From a virus (lineage: Duplodnaviria; Caudoviricetes), in IMG/VR virus record IMGVR_UViG_3300030376_000763, positions 1 to 38,051 of that record: DNA of 38,051 bases. One strand, written 5' to 3'. The position numbers were made by a program, and so were the translations under genes. Shown piece after piece: positions 17,132 to 25,410 of this stretch; position 1 is the first letter of the stretch; each line of letters starts with the position of its first letter. The notes beneath the pieces were generated by a model. The model did not search any database and was not told the origin of the DNA. It saw only the letters and a list, made by a program, of their open reading frames with translations.

Positions 17132-17622
17132 TATATCGGCTTGTTAGTTAAACGATATAAAACTTAAAGATAACTAAACTTCTTGAAAAGATTAAGAACA
17201 AAAAAGGTTCACGAAAGTTTCAGACAAGATTAAAACTAGGTTATTTATTGGAGGGTTGGTGGAAAGACCAAACTACAAGAACAAATGAATCCTTAAATGG
17301 ATTGAGGTAAACAAATGTTTGTTATTGGGATTAGGAATTTAGATTCGTCTACACAAGCATACAGTCTGTTTATCTGCCATGTCTGATCAAGGTTGCGTTC
17401 TGTAAAGAACACTTGACTTAATCTTATCGCTCGTACCGATAAGAAGGGGTAGTAGACTGCTAATAAACACAATTCTAGGAGGCAAAAGGGGGGTTGCAAA
17501 TCCCTGATTAGTCTTTAATTTGATACTTCCGTTCGGAGAAACGGTACACAATTTATCAGAGCAAACTAGGAGAGAATATGGGTTGGAGTCCCATACCTTC
17601 CAATAAGTAACTTGGTTTTAAT
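17132..17622 (+). ncRNA. Putative large structured non-coding RNA, family not recognised
   Basis: Gene-free region after a promoter; 28-bp closing helix 17229-17256/17595-17622 (24 WC + 4 G-U); at least 8 internal helices; 5' pseudoknot. Confidence 0.75.
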
Positions 17623-17845
17623 TATCTTCTTTCTTCTCAGAAGAATACATAATGTTCAATCCACTAAGTGTGCATAGACGATTTTTTTCGTTGAGACCAA
17701 GTGGTGTGATAGACACATCTTCACCCTCTTTAGCTACAAAGCCTTCATTAACTAATTCTTGTAAGTGTTCTTTAGGTGTGTCCTCTTCAAACATTACAGA
17801 TAGTATTGCTCCTAGACGTTTGTTTTGTTTTTTAGATAGTGCCAT
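17618..17845 (-). CDS. Hypothetical protein (possible winged-helix fragment), last gene of the lysis operon
   Basis: ATG 17845 (TAATG overlap); LV.EGFV...G..V.IT..G pattern. Confidence 0.65.
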   Translation of the reverse strand: MALSKKQNKRLGAILSVMFEEDTPKEHLQELVNEGFVAKEGEDVSITPLGLNEKNRLCTLSGLNIMYSSEKKEDN

Positions 17846-18288
17846 TAGACTGCGTACCACTCTCCTCCCATAAACATGACCGCTTCAGCTTCTCTTCTTC
17901 TTACCAAACCTTCTAAAACTTCGCCATTACTCTTGTTCCATCTTCTAATCTGTGCAGGTACTTCTTCGTACTTGCCTTCGTTCAAAACCTTAAGGAGCGT
18001 ACTTTTTTTTAGAGAACCGCCACCCAAATTGTAGCAAAACGAGACCAACGAATCGTAGTGATGCTGCTGTAAGGGTACTTCAACATAGTCATTAACATAG
18101 CCTTCATACTCTATCATCTCTTCTTGTAGAAGATATTCAGCTTCTTCTTTATTAATCTTGTCGCCTTCTTTAACATCTTTCGTGTGACCATACCCAATCG
18201 TCCATACACCTGCAGGACAAAGGTATGCTTCTAATTCGCATCCTTCAAACTTCTTTATAAGTGATAATCCTTCTGCTGATATTTGCAT
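17845..18288 (-). CDS. Endolysin, GH24 lysozyme
   Basis: Start MQISAEG at 18288; IKKFEG, C.AGVWTIGYGHT, LVSF.YNLG, GLVRRREAE. Confidence 0.95.
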   Translation of the reverse strand: MQISAEGLSLIKKFEGCELEAYLCPAGVWTIGYGHTKDVKEGDKINKEEAEYLLQEEMIEYEGYVNDYVEVPLQQHHYDSLVSFCYNLGGGSLKKSTLLKVLNEGKYEEVPAQIRRWNKSNGEVLEGLVRRREAEAVMFMGGEWYAV

Positions 18289-18289
18289 T

Positions 18290-18685
18290 TTATTCTCCCC
18301 ATGTACCATCTTCACGGACTCTGGCTTTCTTTGTGCCACCCCAGTATTCAACTGCGTGTCCTTCATTGATAAGTTTTTGGCAAATATCTTCGCCATCTGC
18401 TGTATAAGGGATGCCCAAAATCCTGCCATACTTACCTTTACCTAATGATTTAACTTTAAATGTACCTTCACACAGTTCTATCAATCTTGCTTTTGCTTTT
18501 AGACCAAGTGCTTTTTCTTCTAGATTTCTTGTTCTAGATTCGGCTGTGTCAATGCCTGCCAGTCTGACTCTTTGTTTATTTAGAAATACATCAAAACCAA
18601 GATCAAGTGTGCAATCTAAAGTGTCCCCATCCACTACCCTGTCTAAGGTTGCTCTATATACGAAAGCATCAGGGGATTCACTCAT
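18290..18685 (-). CDS. Thermonuclease (SNase-like) protein
   Basis: RVVDGDT, RVRLAGIDTAE, GKYGRILG, L..EGHA motifs. Confidence 0.92.
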   Translation of the reverse strand: MSESPDAFVYRATLDRVVDGDTLDCTLDLGFDVFLNKQRVRLAGIDTAESRTRNLEEKALGLKAKARLIELCEGTFKVKSLGKGKYGRILGIPYTADGEDICQKLINEGHAVEYWGGTKKARVREDGTWGE

Positions 18686-18861
18686 TACTTAGCCTCTGGT
18701 GCTTTGTCTTTAGCCTTAGCAATATTGATTGCTACCAAGTCTATAAACTTATATACCTTGCCTAAGAAAGCATCATCTTTAGGTGTAGGTGTAGAAGCTG
18801 CTATTGCAGAAGCTACTGTGACAGCCATAGTGATGTAGTTAATGATATCCATAATTTCCAT
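18685..18861 (-). CDS. Small membrane protein, candidate holin (58 aa)
   Basis: Below track cutoff. MEIMDIINYITMAVTVASAIAASTPTPKDDAFLGKVYKFIDLVAINIAKAKDK...; GGAGG SD; in lysis cassette. Confidence 0.6.
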   Translation of the reverse strand: MEIMDIINYITMAVTVASAIAASTPTPKDDAFLGKVYKFIDLVAINIAKAKDKAPEAK

Positions 18862-18905
18862 AGTTACCTCCCTTATTGAAATTATTCTTCCGATTTTATC
18901 GCAAA

Positions 18906-19274
18906 TTATTTGTTTTGCACATCTTCTTGTGGCTTATCTAACTCTCTATAGTATTTGATGATACTCAGGATGTCCTTTGTATACCTTGTAATTTCTGCCA
19001 TATCCATTGATAGATTCTCATATTCTTTGCTAGACAATGAGTAAAAGGCTCTCTTAGGTGCGTTGCCTGCTTCTAAGTTATCTAAGTATTCCTGCATGGT
19101 TGTAGGTGTCATTACTTCCCAATCAACTGAAGATAGACTCATAGGGTAAGGTAAAGGTGGATGATATATAGGTGATCTCTCAGCTATAGTTTTGACCTGT
19201 ACTGGTTTTACTGATTGCAACATAGAGCAACTAGCAAGGACTACAGTAAGACTAATTAGTACTAGATTTCGCAT
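18906..19274 (-). CDS. Outer-membrane lipoprotein, o-spanin-like
   Basis: Signal peptide with lipobox LASC; Pro-rich stretch; overlaps the i-spanin-like gene. Confidence 0.7.
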   Translation of the reverse strand: MRNLVLISLTVVLASCSMLQSVKPVQVKTIAERSPIYHPPLPYPMSLSSVDWEVMTPTTMQEYLDNLEAGNAPKRAFYSLSSKEYENLSMDMAEITRYTKDILSIIKYYRELDKPQEDVQNK

Positions 19275-19656
19275 TGAATTGTTCTGGATTGGTTATTTTC
19301 TCTAGTTCAGTCATGACTCTAGCTGACCCTTTATTGATTCTTGCTTGTAGATCAGCAGGGTTTGCAAGCGCAGATTCATCTAGGTCTAAGTTAGAAAATG
19401 TCTTTCTGAGTCTATTCACGTTTTCCATAGCCTGTCTTTTCTCTTGTTCAAGCTGATTGAGTTGTTGTTCTTGTACTTTCTGTTGTTCTAGGTATCGGTC
19501 TATAGAAGCGTTCTGTTCTTCTATCTGTGTCTCAAGGACAAGCTGATTACCTTTGAGAGTGCTGATCTGATCTGCCTGATAGTCAATGTACCAAGCTGAA
19601 CTGGCGATTGTTAATACTAATAAACCACCTAGTATTAATGATAATTTCATTCCCAT
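19252..19656 (-). CDS. i-spanin-like protein
   Basis: N-terminal TM segment followed by a long coiled coil; upstream of and overlapping the lipoprotein gene. Confidence 0.7.
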   Translation of the reverse strand: MGMKLSLILGGLLVLTIASSAWYIDYQADQISTLKGNQLVLETQIEEQNASIDRYLEQQKVQEQQLNQLEQEKRQAMENVNRLRKTFSNLDLDESALANPADLQARINKGSARVMTELEKITNPEQFNAKSSTN

Positions 19657-21419
19657 GTATACACCTGTAATGGTTCTTTCTTACCTTTTGCCTCTATAGG
19701 CTCTAACTTTTTCAAAGTATAGTCACTCTTTATAGCAGTATTATATCCAATGAGCAAATCCACTCCTGCATCTTTAGTACCGCTTTCTAGCCTTGCTCCT
19801 GTATTAACAGCATCGCCTATAGCCGTATAGTCAAACCTCTGCTCACTACCCATATTGCCTATGACTGCGTACCCTGTATTTATCCCTATTCCTATTGCTA
19901 CTGGTTTGATACCTTTTTCTTCAAGTTCTACGTTGAGCGTTATCATGTTTTTTTGTATGTCTAAAGCGCAGTCTATAGCTTTATTTTCATGATGCTGTAA
20001 GTCCAAAGGTGCGTTAAATATTGCCATCATTGCATCACCTATATACTTATCTACCATACCTCCATGTTTCTGTACTGCTGTTTGCTGTGCTGTAAGTGCT
20101 TTGTTCATTATGTAAGTCACTTCTTCTGGTTCTAAACTTTCTGATAAAGATGTGAATCCTCTAACGTCTGTAAATAAAAAAGTTGCATAGCGTTTCTCTC
20201 CACCTAGCTTTAGCTGATCTGGATTCTTTTGTAATTGTTTTACTTGTCTAGGGTCTAAATAATGCTCAAATTGTTTCTTGATCTGCTGTCTCAGTTTGTA
20301 CTGTTCTCTAAACCTAAGATAGAAAGCTACTGATCCTGTTATAAATTGTGATATGAGAGTCCATGTGACATCTATCAAAAGACCTTGCTGTATCGTGTAA
20401 AAGCCATAATAGGCTGTTAGAGAGAAGATACCTATAAACGATACTAGACCCCATGTTATGCCCAGAGCGGTCAGGAGAACGTAAACAAATGCGACTGTGA
20501 ACATAAATAGTGCTAACTCTACAGCTAAAGCGTAGTCTGGAACGTATGGACTGTCCTGTATCAGTATGCTTTCAGCCAAAGCTGCTTGTATCTCATGTGG
20601 ATATTTATAGCCTTTGCTTGTGGATAACTGCGGTGAAACTCCTTTGGCAGAGTAACCCACAAATACAAAGCGACCCTCAACATTCATTTCTTCTATCGTA
20701 GTCTGTGGTGTATCTACCCAACTGATCCACTTACGACCTAGATAGTCTGTCTTTACTGGCGGTATACCTTGCACAACTACTTCTTCAATACCTGCCTCGT
20801 TGGTCTTGATGATGTAGGTATCTGCATCAACCATTGTCTTGAGAACTTCAGTACCATAGGCACTGACCCATCCATCAGGTGTTTTAAGCAGCAAAGGAAG
20901 CCTTCTGATCAACGAATCTACTTCAGGTCTACTGACTGCTATGCCCTCACTTGCCACCTCTCTAATCGCTTCTATGTTCTGTTTGACACCATAGGCAGGT
21001 ATGCCAGAAGCACCTTCGCCCATAATTACTGTGCCTGTGGTTCTAGAATAATCGCTAGAGTTGTTCTCAAAGGTAGCTATAACACTAGGAGCAAAAGATA
21101 AAGACTCTGCTAGAGCATCATCATCTGCTTTGCCAAACGGACTGTCTATCGGAAAAGACATTACAAGACCTAAACCGATTGCTCCTCTTTGCAGTAAAGC
21201 TATATTGATCTGTGCAAGTATCTCTCTTCTAATTGGATAACCATACTTCTCTAAATCTTTGTCAGTAATGTTGAGTATGGTGAAATATCCTGAAGGCTCT
21301 TTTTCTGGTACAAAAGTATCAAAGGTCTTTAGCTTGATAATCTCTGTGGGTGTTGACTGATAGGCTATAGGTAAAGCTAGTGTGACTAGCAAGACCAAAG
21401 GTATCAGATATTTAGTCAT
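19647..21419 (-). CDS. CHASE2-domain class III adenylate cyclase
   Basis: N-terminal TM, periplasmic CHASE2-like region (RRLPLL), 3 TMs; FTDVRGFT, DKYIGDAMMA, DYTAIGDAVN..ARLE. Confidence 0.93.
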   Translation of the reverse strand: MTKYLIPLVLLVTLALPIAYQSTPTEIIKLKTFDTFVPEKEPSGYFTILNITDKDLEKYGYPIRREILAQINIALLQRGAIGLGLVMSFPIDSPFGKADDDALAESLSFAPSVIATFENNSSDYSRTTGTVIMGEGASGIPAYGVKQNIEAIREVASEGIAVSRPEVDSLIRRLPLLLKTPDGWVSAYGTEVLKTMVDADTYIIKTNEAGIEEVVVQGIPPVKTDYLGRKWISWVDTPQTTIEEMNVEGRFVFVGYSAKGVSPQLSTSKGYKYPHEIQAALAESILIQDSPYVPDYALAVELALFMFTVAFVYVLLTALGITWGLVSFIGIFSLTAYYGFYTIQQGLLIDVTWTLISQFITGSVAFYLRFREQYKLRQQIKKQFEHYLDPRQVKQLQKNPDQLKLGGEKRYATFLFTDVRGFTSLSESLEPEEVTYIMNKALTAQQTAVQKHGGMVDKYIGDAMMAIFNAPLDLQHHENKAIDCALDIQKNMITLNVELEEKGIKPVAIGIGINTGYAVIGNMGSEQRFDYTAIGDAVNTGARLESGTKDAGVDLLIGYNTAIKSDYTLKKLEPIEAKGKKEPLQVYTWE

Positions 21420-22200
21420 ACTGCGTGATAGTTAAAGTCTTTGTGCAATTACTAATGCAGTTATAAGTTGCAGTAAAACTTTTATTAGTAGTACCGCTTT
21501 GTGTTACATCTACATTCCAATCATCATTATAGAAGTTAAGTCTTGCAGTATGGTTTCCTGATCCTGACTGTGTGATAGAAGCCACTCCATCATCGGCATC
21601 TGCATACCACCATATATCAGCATCATGATTACCGCTTCCAGATTGCGTTATGGTAGAAGAATTATTGTCAGCATTATTAGCGTTAAAGATATATCCGTTA
21701 TGTTGACCTGTTCCAGACTGTGTAATTGTGGAATCTGCGTTGTCTCCAAAAGCATACATTTTTGCATACTTATTATTACCAGTTTGACTTATCCCATAGA
21801 CATTATCATCGCCTGCCATAAGTACCTCTCCATGATTATTATCACCTGTTTGTGTGACTGTACCTGTGTTGTCATTTTTATCTAAATCCACATATCCGTA
21901 GTTACTATCACCTGTCTGAGTAATGGAGAATGTGTTGTCAGTATGATTAGACCATTGAGAGAAAGCTTTTGCCACGTTGTTGTCTCCTGTAGAGGTGATG
22001 TCTATGTCTGCTCTAGTGCAAGTATGAGTGGTGTAATTACCTTGAGATAGACCACAGTAGACAGTGGCTTGATTGGTATATCCAATCTGCTTTATATGAA
22101 TAGATGAACTAGCACCTTTCGTATGTACGTTAGTAGTATTATCACCAGAACTTATAATACAACTGAAGCTAATCAGACTGATTAATAATGATCGTGCCAT
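21412..22200 (-). CDS. Curlin-repeat protein (CsgA/CsgB-like)
   Basis: Signal-like N terminus; repeated I/V-TQ-T/S-G-x-x-N units at ~22-25-aa spacing. Confidence 0.8.
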   Translation of the reverse strand: MARSLLISLISFSCIISSGDNTTNVHTKGASSSIHIKQIGYTNQATVYCGLSQGNYTTHTCTRADIDITSTGDNNVAKAFSQWSNHTDNTFSITQTGDSNYGYVDLDKNDNTGTVTQTGDNNHGEVLMAGDDNVYGISQTGNNKYAKMYAFGDNADSTITQSGTGQHNGYIFNANNADNNSSTITQSGSGNHDADIWWYADADDGVASITQSGSGNHTARLNFYNDDWNVDVTQSGTTNKSFTATYNCISNCTKTLTITQYD

Positions 22201-23242
22201 CACCACCTCCATTTACTTTGATCTTAATTAGCTGTGCGCCTGTCAGAATCTCAAGATCATACTTACCTGACTTATCCAGTTGTAGATCAACTGTGTTCTC
22301 TACTTGCCTCACAAATGATATAAATTCACCTTCTACAAAAGAATAAATTTGTTTCTCTGGGTCATATCCTACTGTAATTCCTTCTATAGTTATATCACCT
22401 AAGTTCTGCACTTCTGTCTCTGTTTCTTGGAGTACATCTGTTATCACGTCTAAGAGATAGTCTATACTCAGTAGGTCTATAGACAGTCGGTCTATTTCTA
22501 ATTCATCTTCGTATTCTTCTTCTTCTAGGAATTCGCTATCATCTAAAAAGTCTGTATCTAGTAAATCATTACTGGACTGTTCTTGATCTTCTACTGCTTG
22601 TTCTATTTCATCTGGTGGGTTTACCAACAGCATATTATCTAAAGCGTTAAGAGATAGACCAGATATTGTGACTGGCTTTGTTGGTGGTTGCATGGCAACT
22701 GTGGCTACAGTTGCTTGAAAGGGTTTGTCTAAGACTACTCTGCCACCCTCAGTATCAACAAATATCTTGCCTACTTCTCCGTTTTCTTTAGGGAGATTGA
22801 TTATGGTTGTTGAATAATCTGTGCTATTTACCGATACTAAAAATTCTGTTCCTAAGACTCCTATGGTCGCAGATGGTGTAGTTAGCTTAATGTTTTCTTT
22901 AGCAATCCTGTTTAGCTTAGAGGTTATAAATCTTGAAGTTCCACTCACCAGATTCAGAGATAACTTATTATCTTTGCTGCCTTGTTTATAAACATATTCT
23001 GTAACTACTATTTGGCTTTGCTCTGTAAGTTTTAAGACACTTGCATCTTCAAACTCTATAGCCATTCTGCCATTACCAGTCCTCACCCTGTCGTAACTCA
23101 TGATACCTAGAGCAAGTTCTGCTAGAAGAGGGTCAGTAGTATTCTGCCTAATCACGTCACCTATGCCACGCAACTCTGCTATAGAGCCTACATCGGCATA
23201 CAAACTACCTGATAATAAGGCTACTAACAGCCTGAAGCACAT
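22169..23242 (-). CDS. FecR-domain protein
   Basis: D.VRTG.GR..I.F.D.S.L.L.E.S, L.L..G..RF, TPSATIGV.GTEF motifs; acidic linker. Confidence 0.85.
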   Translation of the reverse strand: MCFRLLVALLSGSLYADVGSIAELRGIGDVIRQNTTDPLLAELALGIMSYDRVRTGNGRMAIEFEDASVLKLTEQSQIVVTEYVYKQGSKDNKLSLNLVSGTSRFITSKLNRIAKENIKLTTPSATIGVLGTEFLVSVNSTDYSTTIINLPKENGEVGKIFVDTEGGRVVLDKPFQATVATVAMQPPTKPVTISGLSLNALDNMLLVNPPDEIEQAVEDQEQSSNDLLDTDFLDDSEFLEEEEYEDELEIDRLSIDLLSIDYLLDVITDVLQETETEVQNLGDITIEGITVGYDPEKQIYSFVEGEFISFVRQVENTVDLQLDKSGKYDLEILTGAQLIKIKVNGGGDGTIIINQSD

Positions 23243-23907
23243 TGGTCTATGTCTATAGTGCCATTGCTAGTAGTTGATGTTATTACTAAAATATCTGAGG
23301 TAGAACCACCTGTAGAGGTTTGATCTACATCTATATTATTTGTTGAACCTGTTATTGTGGCAGTTATGCTGTGATCTGCATTTCCTGTTTGAGTAGTGTC
23401 AATATCATTACTTGAACCTGTCACAGTCCAGTTATTTACACATCCAACAACCTCACAAGTAGCATTGATATCATTGCTTGAGCCTGTTATAGCAAAGTCT
23501 TGATTACCTGCTGTAGCAGTTGCAGCAGCACCTTGTGTAAAGGTAAGGATGTTTGAATCACCAGTAGCTGCATAATCAAAGTCTGTGTTTGCTACATCTC
23601 CTGTTGCTCCTACCGCAAAAGTACCTGCGTTACTATCACCAGTTACATTGTAAGTCCAAGATGTAGAATTACCCTGTAATATACTTGCTGCAATGGTATT
23701 GCTGTTGCCTGTAAAGTCCCAATCTGCTGTCATACTTGTTCCACCTAACGTCACTCTAGTTTGACTAGAACCGAATTGGTTAGAGTTACCGATTTGATCC
23801 ACAGAAAGATTTAAGCCAGTTCCAGATTGTGTAATATAGATCAAGTTGTTACTTGCAGTAGCAAGTGGTATAAAACAGAACAACAATATTTTAATTAGAT
23901 TTTTCAT
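23224..23907 (-). CDS. Secreted curlin-like beta-solenoid repeat protein
   Basis: Signal peptide; repeated Q.G..N and TG.SN units. Confidence 0.75.
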   Translation of the reverse strand: MKNLIKILLFCFIPLATASNNLIYITQSGTGLNLSVDQIGNSNQFGSSQTRVTLGGTSMTADWDFTGNSNTIAASILQGNSTSWTYNVTGDSNAGTFAVGATGDVANTDFDYAATGDSNILTFTQGAAATATAGNQDFAITGSSNDINATCEVVGCVNNWTVTGSSNDIDTTQTGNADHSITATITGSTNNIDVDQTSTGGSTSDILVITSTTSNGTIDIDQCASGC

Positions 23908-24734
23908 GATACCTCCTCTAATTTTTCATAGTCATAATCCCAGAATTGTTTCTTTGTTCCCTCCAAAACTAATTCTAGAACTGCCTTTTCAATGGCAGAC
24001 CTAATTGCATACCCTGTGGCTTCTGTCTGTGTGTAGCCTGTTTCAAGTTCTATGAGTTCAGTTCCCTGTTCCCAGAATCTCCAAACACTTCTACTTACAC
24101 TTGCACTTAGAATTTTTTTACTCACAGTTGAGGTACTTATAACCTCGCCTGTTTGGGTTAGTATAACCCTTAATGATATCGTAACGGAATCCTCTCTCCA
24201 TTGATTGGTTGCAGGAGAAAAGCCTTTTATACGAAATCCAGACCCTCCTGTGAAGCTGTTACTTTCATACGCAATGATTCCACCCTCTATGATCATCCCT
24301 GCATAGAGCAAAGGAAGAAGCTGATTACCTCCTTCTCCATCATAACTACTTCTTTGATTTTTTACTATTTGTCTTTCTTTACTGAGATTATTTATGTTTT
24401 TTCTGTCTAAGACTGTAAACATCTCTCCATTAGCTGCATATTTAAAAGCGTTAATCAGATAGGCTTCACCACCTTGTGTAACTGCTGTACTGAACAATGC
24501 CATCTTAGTTGAAGGTTTTCTTTGTCCTGTGAGGTCTGAGAAGTTGTATATAGCTACTACAGCTTTTTGTCTCGGTTTAGGTACATCTAATAATGCCTGC
24601 AAGGTAGGTCTTACTATCTCAGGTTTCTCTTCACATTTAATGAGATCAGCGCAATTAGTATGTCCAACAGGTGCAAAAGAAGCACAGCTAGACAATACAC
24701 TAAGCATTGTTATGAACCACAATCTTCTGAACAT
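23904..24734 (-). CDS. csgG: Curli secretion channel CsgG-family lipoprotein
   Basis: Lipobox LSSC; VAIY.F.DLTGQRKP, STAVTQG, L.KERQI, EGGII.YE motifs. Confidence 0.93.
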   Translation of the reverse strand: MFRRLWFITMLSVLSSCASFAPVGHTNCADLIKCEEKPEIVRPTLQALLDVPKPRQKAVVAIYNFSDLTGQRKPSTKMALFSTAVTQGGEAYLINAFKYAANGEMFTVLDRKNINNLSKERQIVKNQRSSYDGEGGNQLLPLLYAGMIIEGGIIAYESNSFTGGSGFRIKGFSPATNQWREDSVTISLRVILTQTGEVISTSTVSKKILSASVSRSVWRFWEQGTELIELETGYTQTEATGYAIRSAIEKAVLELVLEGTKKQFWDYDYEKLEEVS

Positions 24735-25195
24735 ACACCAAATATTCCTATAGGAATTACAATTTCTGTATAGCCACCTGAGCCATCATCTACTATTAAA
24801 ATTATGTTTTCGCCATCATTAGAATAACGAATCATGTTGCCTTCTATCATTATCTCACCACCAGAACCTCCTGTATCGTCAAATAAAGAACTTGTGATAT
24901 CTTGTGCCATCCTGCTCAAGACTCTTGATTGTAATGATCTTATAAACTTGTTGAGTGTAGAGTTTTCTTCTTCTCTAATTTCATCCTCTATAGCATCAGC
25001 CAGAGCCTTTTCTATATCAGATAATCTTGACCTTTCTTGCTCGTCTATAGTCAACCAAGCTGCTGAAGTGCCGACTCCTGAGAAACTAGGATTTATAAAC
25101 TCCTGTGTAAGTGTCTCTGTTTTTGCAGAAAAAGAAACGACTAATAAAACTATTACAATACCTATTATCACTAAGTATTTATCCCAGTCAGTCAT
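24710..25195 (-). CDS. csgF: Curli assembly component CsgF
   Basis: Signal peptide then F.NPSF.G; F..SLQSR.LS; directly upstream of csgG. Confidence 0.85.
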   Translation of the reverse strand: MTDWDKYLVIIGIVIVLLVVSFSAKTETLTQEFINPSFSGVGTSAAWLTIDEQERSRLSDIEKALADAIEDEIREEENSTLNKFIRSLQSRVLSRMAQDITSSLFDDTGGSGGEIMIEGNMIRYSNDGENIILIVDDGSGGYTEIVIPIGIFGVCSEDCGS

Positions 25196-25200
25196 TGTAC

Positions 25201-25401
25201 TTATAAATAATTAATTACTAAATCCACACTTTTTACTGTATCTATCCAATAAAATGCTATATAACCAAGCCACCCAAACATAGTTACACCTAAAGAAAAA
25301 AGTACATAAGTCCTCCATTTCTCCTGTACTGCATCTATAACATTGCTTATAAAATTGAATACTTTTTGTCTTTTAGCTATTTCTTTTTTCTTCTTTGGCA
25401 T
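25201..25401 (-). CDS. Small membrane protein
   Basis: GAGGA SD; basic N terminus, one TM segment. Confidence 0.6.
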   Translation of the reverse strand: MPKKKKEIAKRQKVFNFISNVIDAVQEKWRTYVLFSLGVTMFGWLGYIAFYWIDTVKSVDLVINYL

Positions 25402-25410
25402 GACTATTCC

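Noticed and set aside
17132-17177. preQ1-I riboswitch call
   Set aside because: Topology is similar, but conserved loop nucleotides are missing and there is no downstream gene to regulate
17293-17499. 68-aa minus-strand ORF in the non-coding region
   Set aside because: TTG start, no SD, unprotein-like composition; the region is better explained by plus-strand RNA structure
17487-17505. GGGGGTTGCAAATCCC resembling a tRNA/tmRNA T-arm
   Set aside because: The loop is not TTCRA, and there is no acceptor stem, D-arm or CCA end
17440-17520. Possible group I intron P7 (GACTG / TAGTC)
   Set aside because: No interrupted gene and no convincing P3/P4/P6 consensus; GACTG already has a better partner at 17362-17370. 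Not fully excluded without a covariance search.
18289-18429. N-terminal extension (SAR-like) on the endolysin in the ORF track
   Set aside because: It overlaps the nuclease gene; the ATG at 18288 has a GGGAG SD and gives a typical 147-aa lysozyme
21412-23907. Diversity-generating retroelement among the repeat proteins
   Set aside because: No reverse transcriptase and no near-identical TR/VR DNA pair; the repeats are at protein level only
24834-25214. 126-aa plus-strand ORF and similar antisense ORFs in the track
   Set aside because: They lie opposite well-supported genes (here csgF) and have Ser/Ile-rich antisense composition
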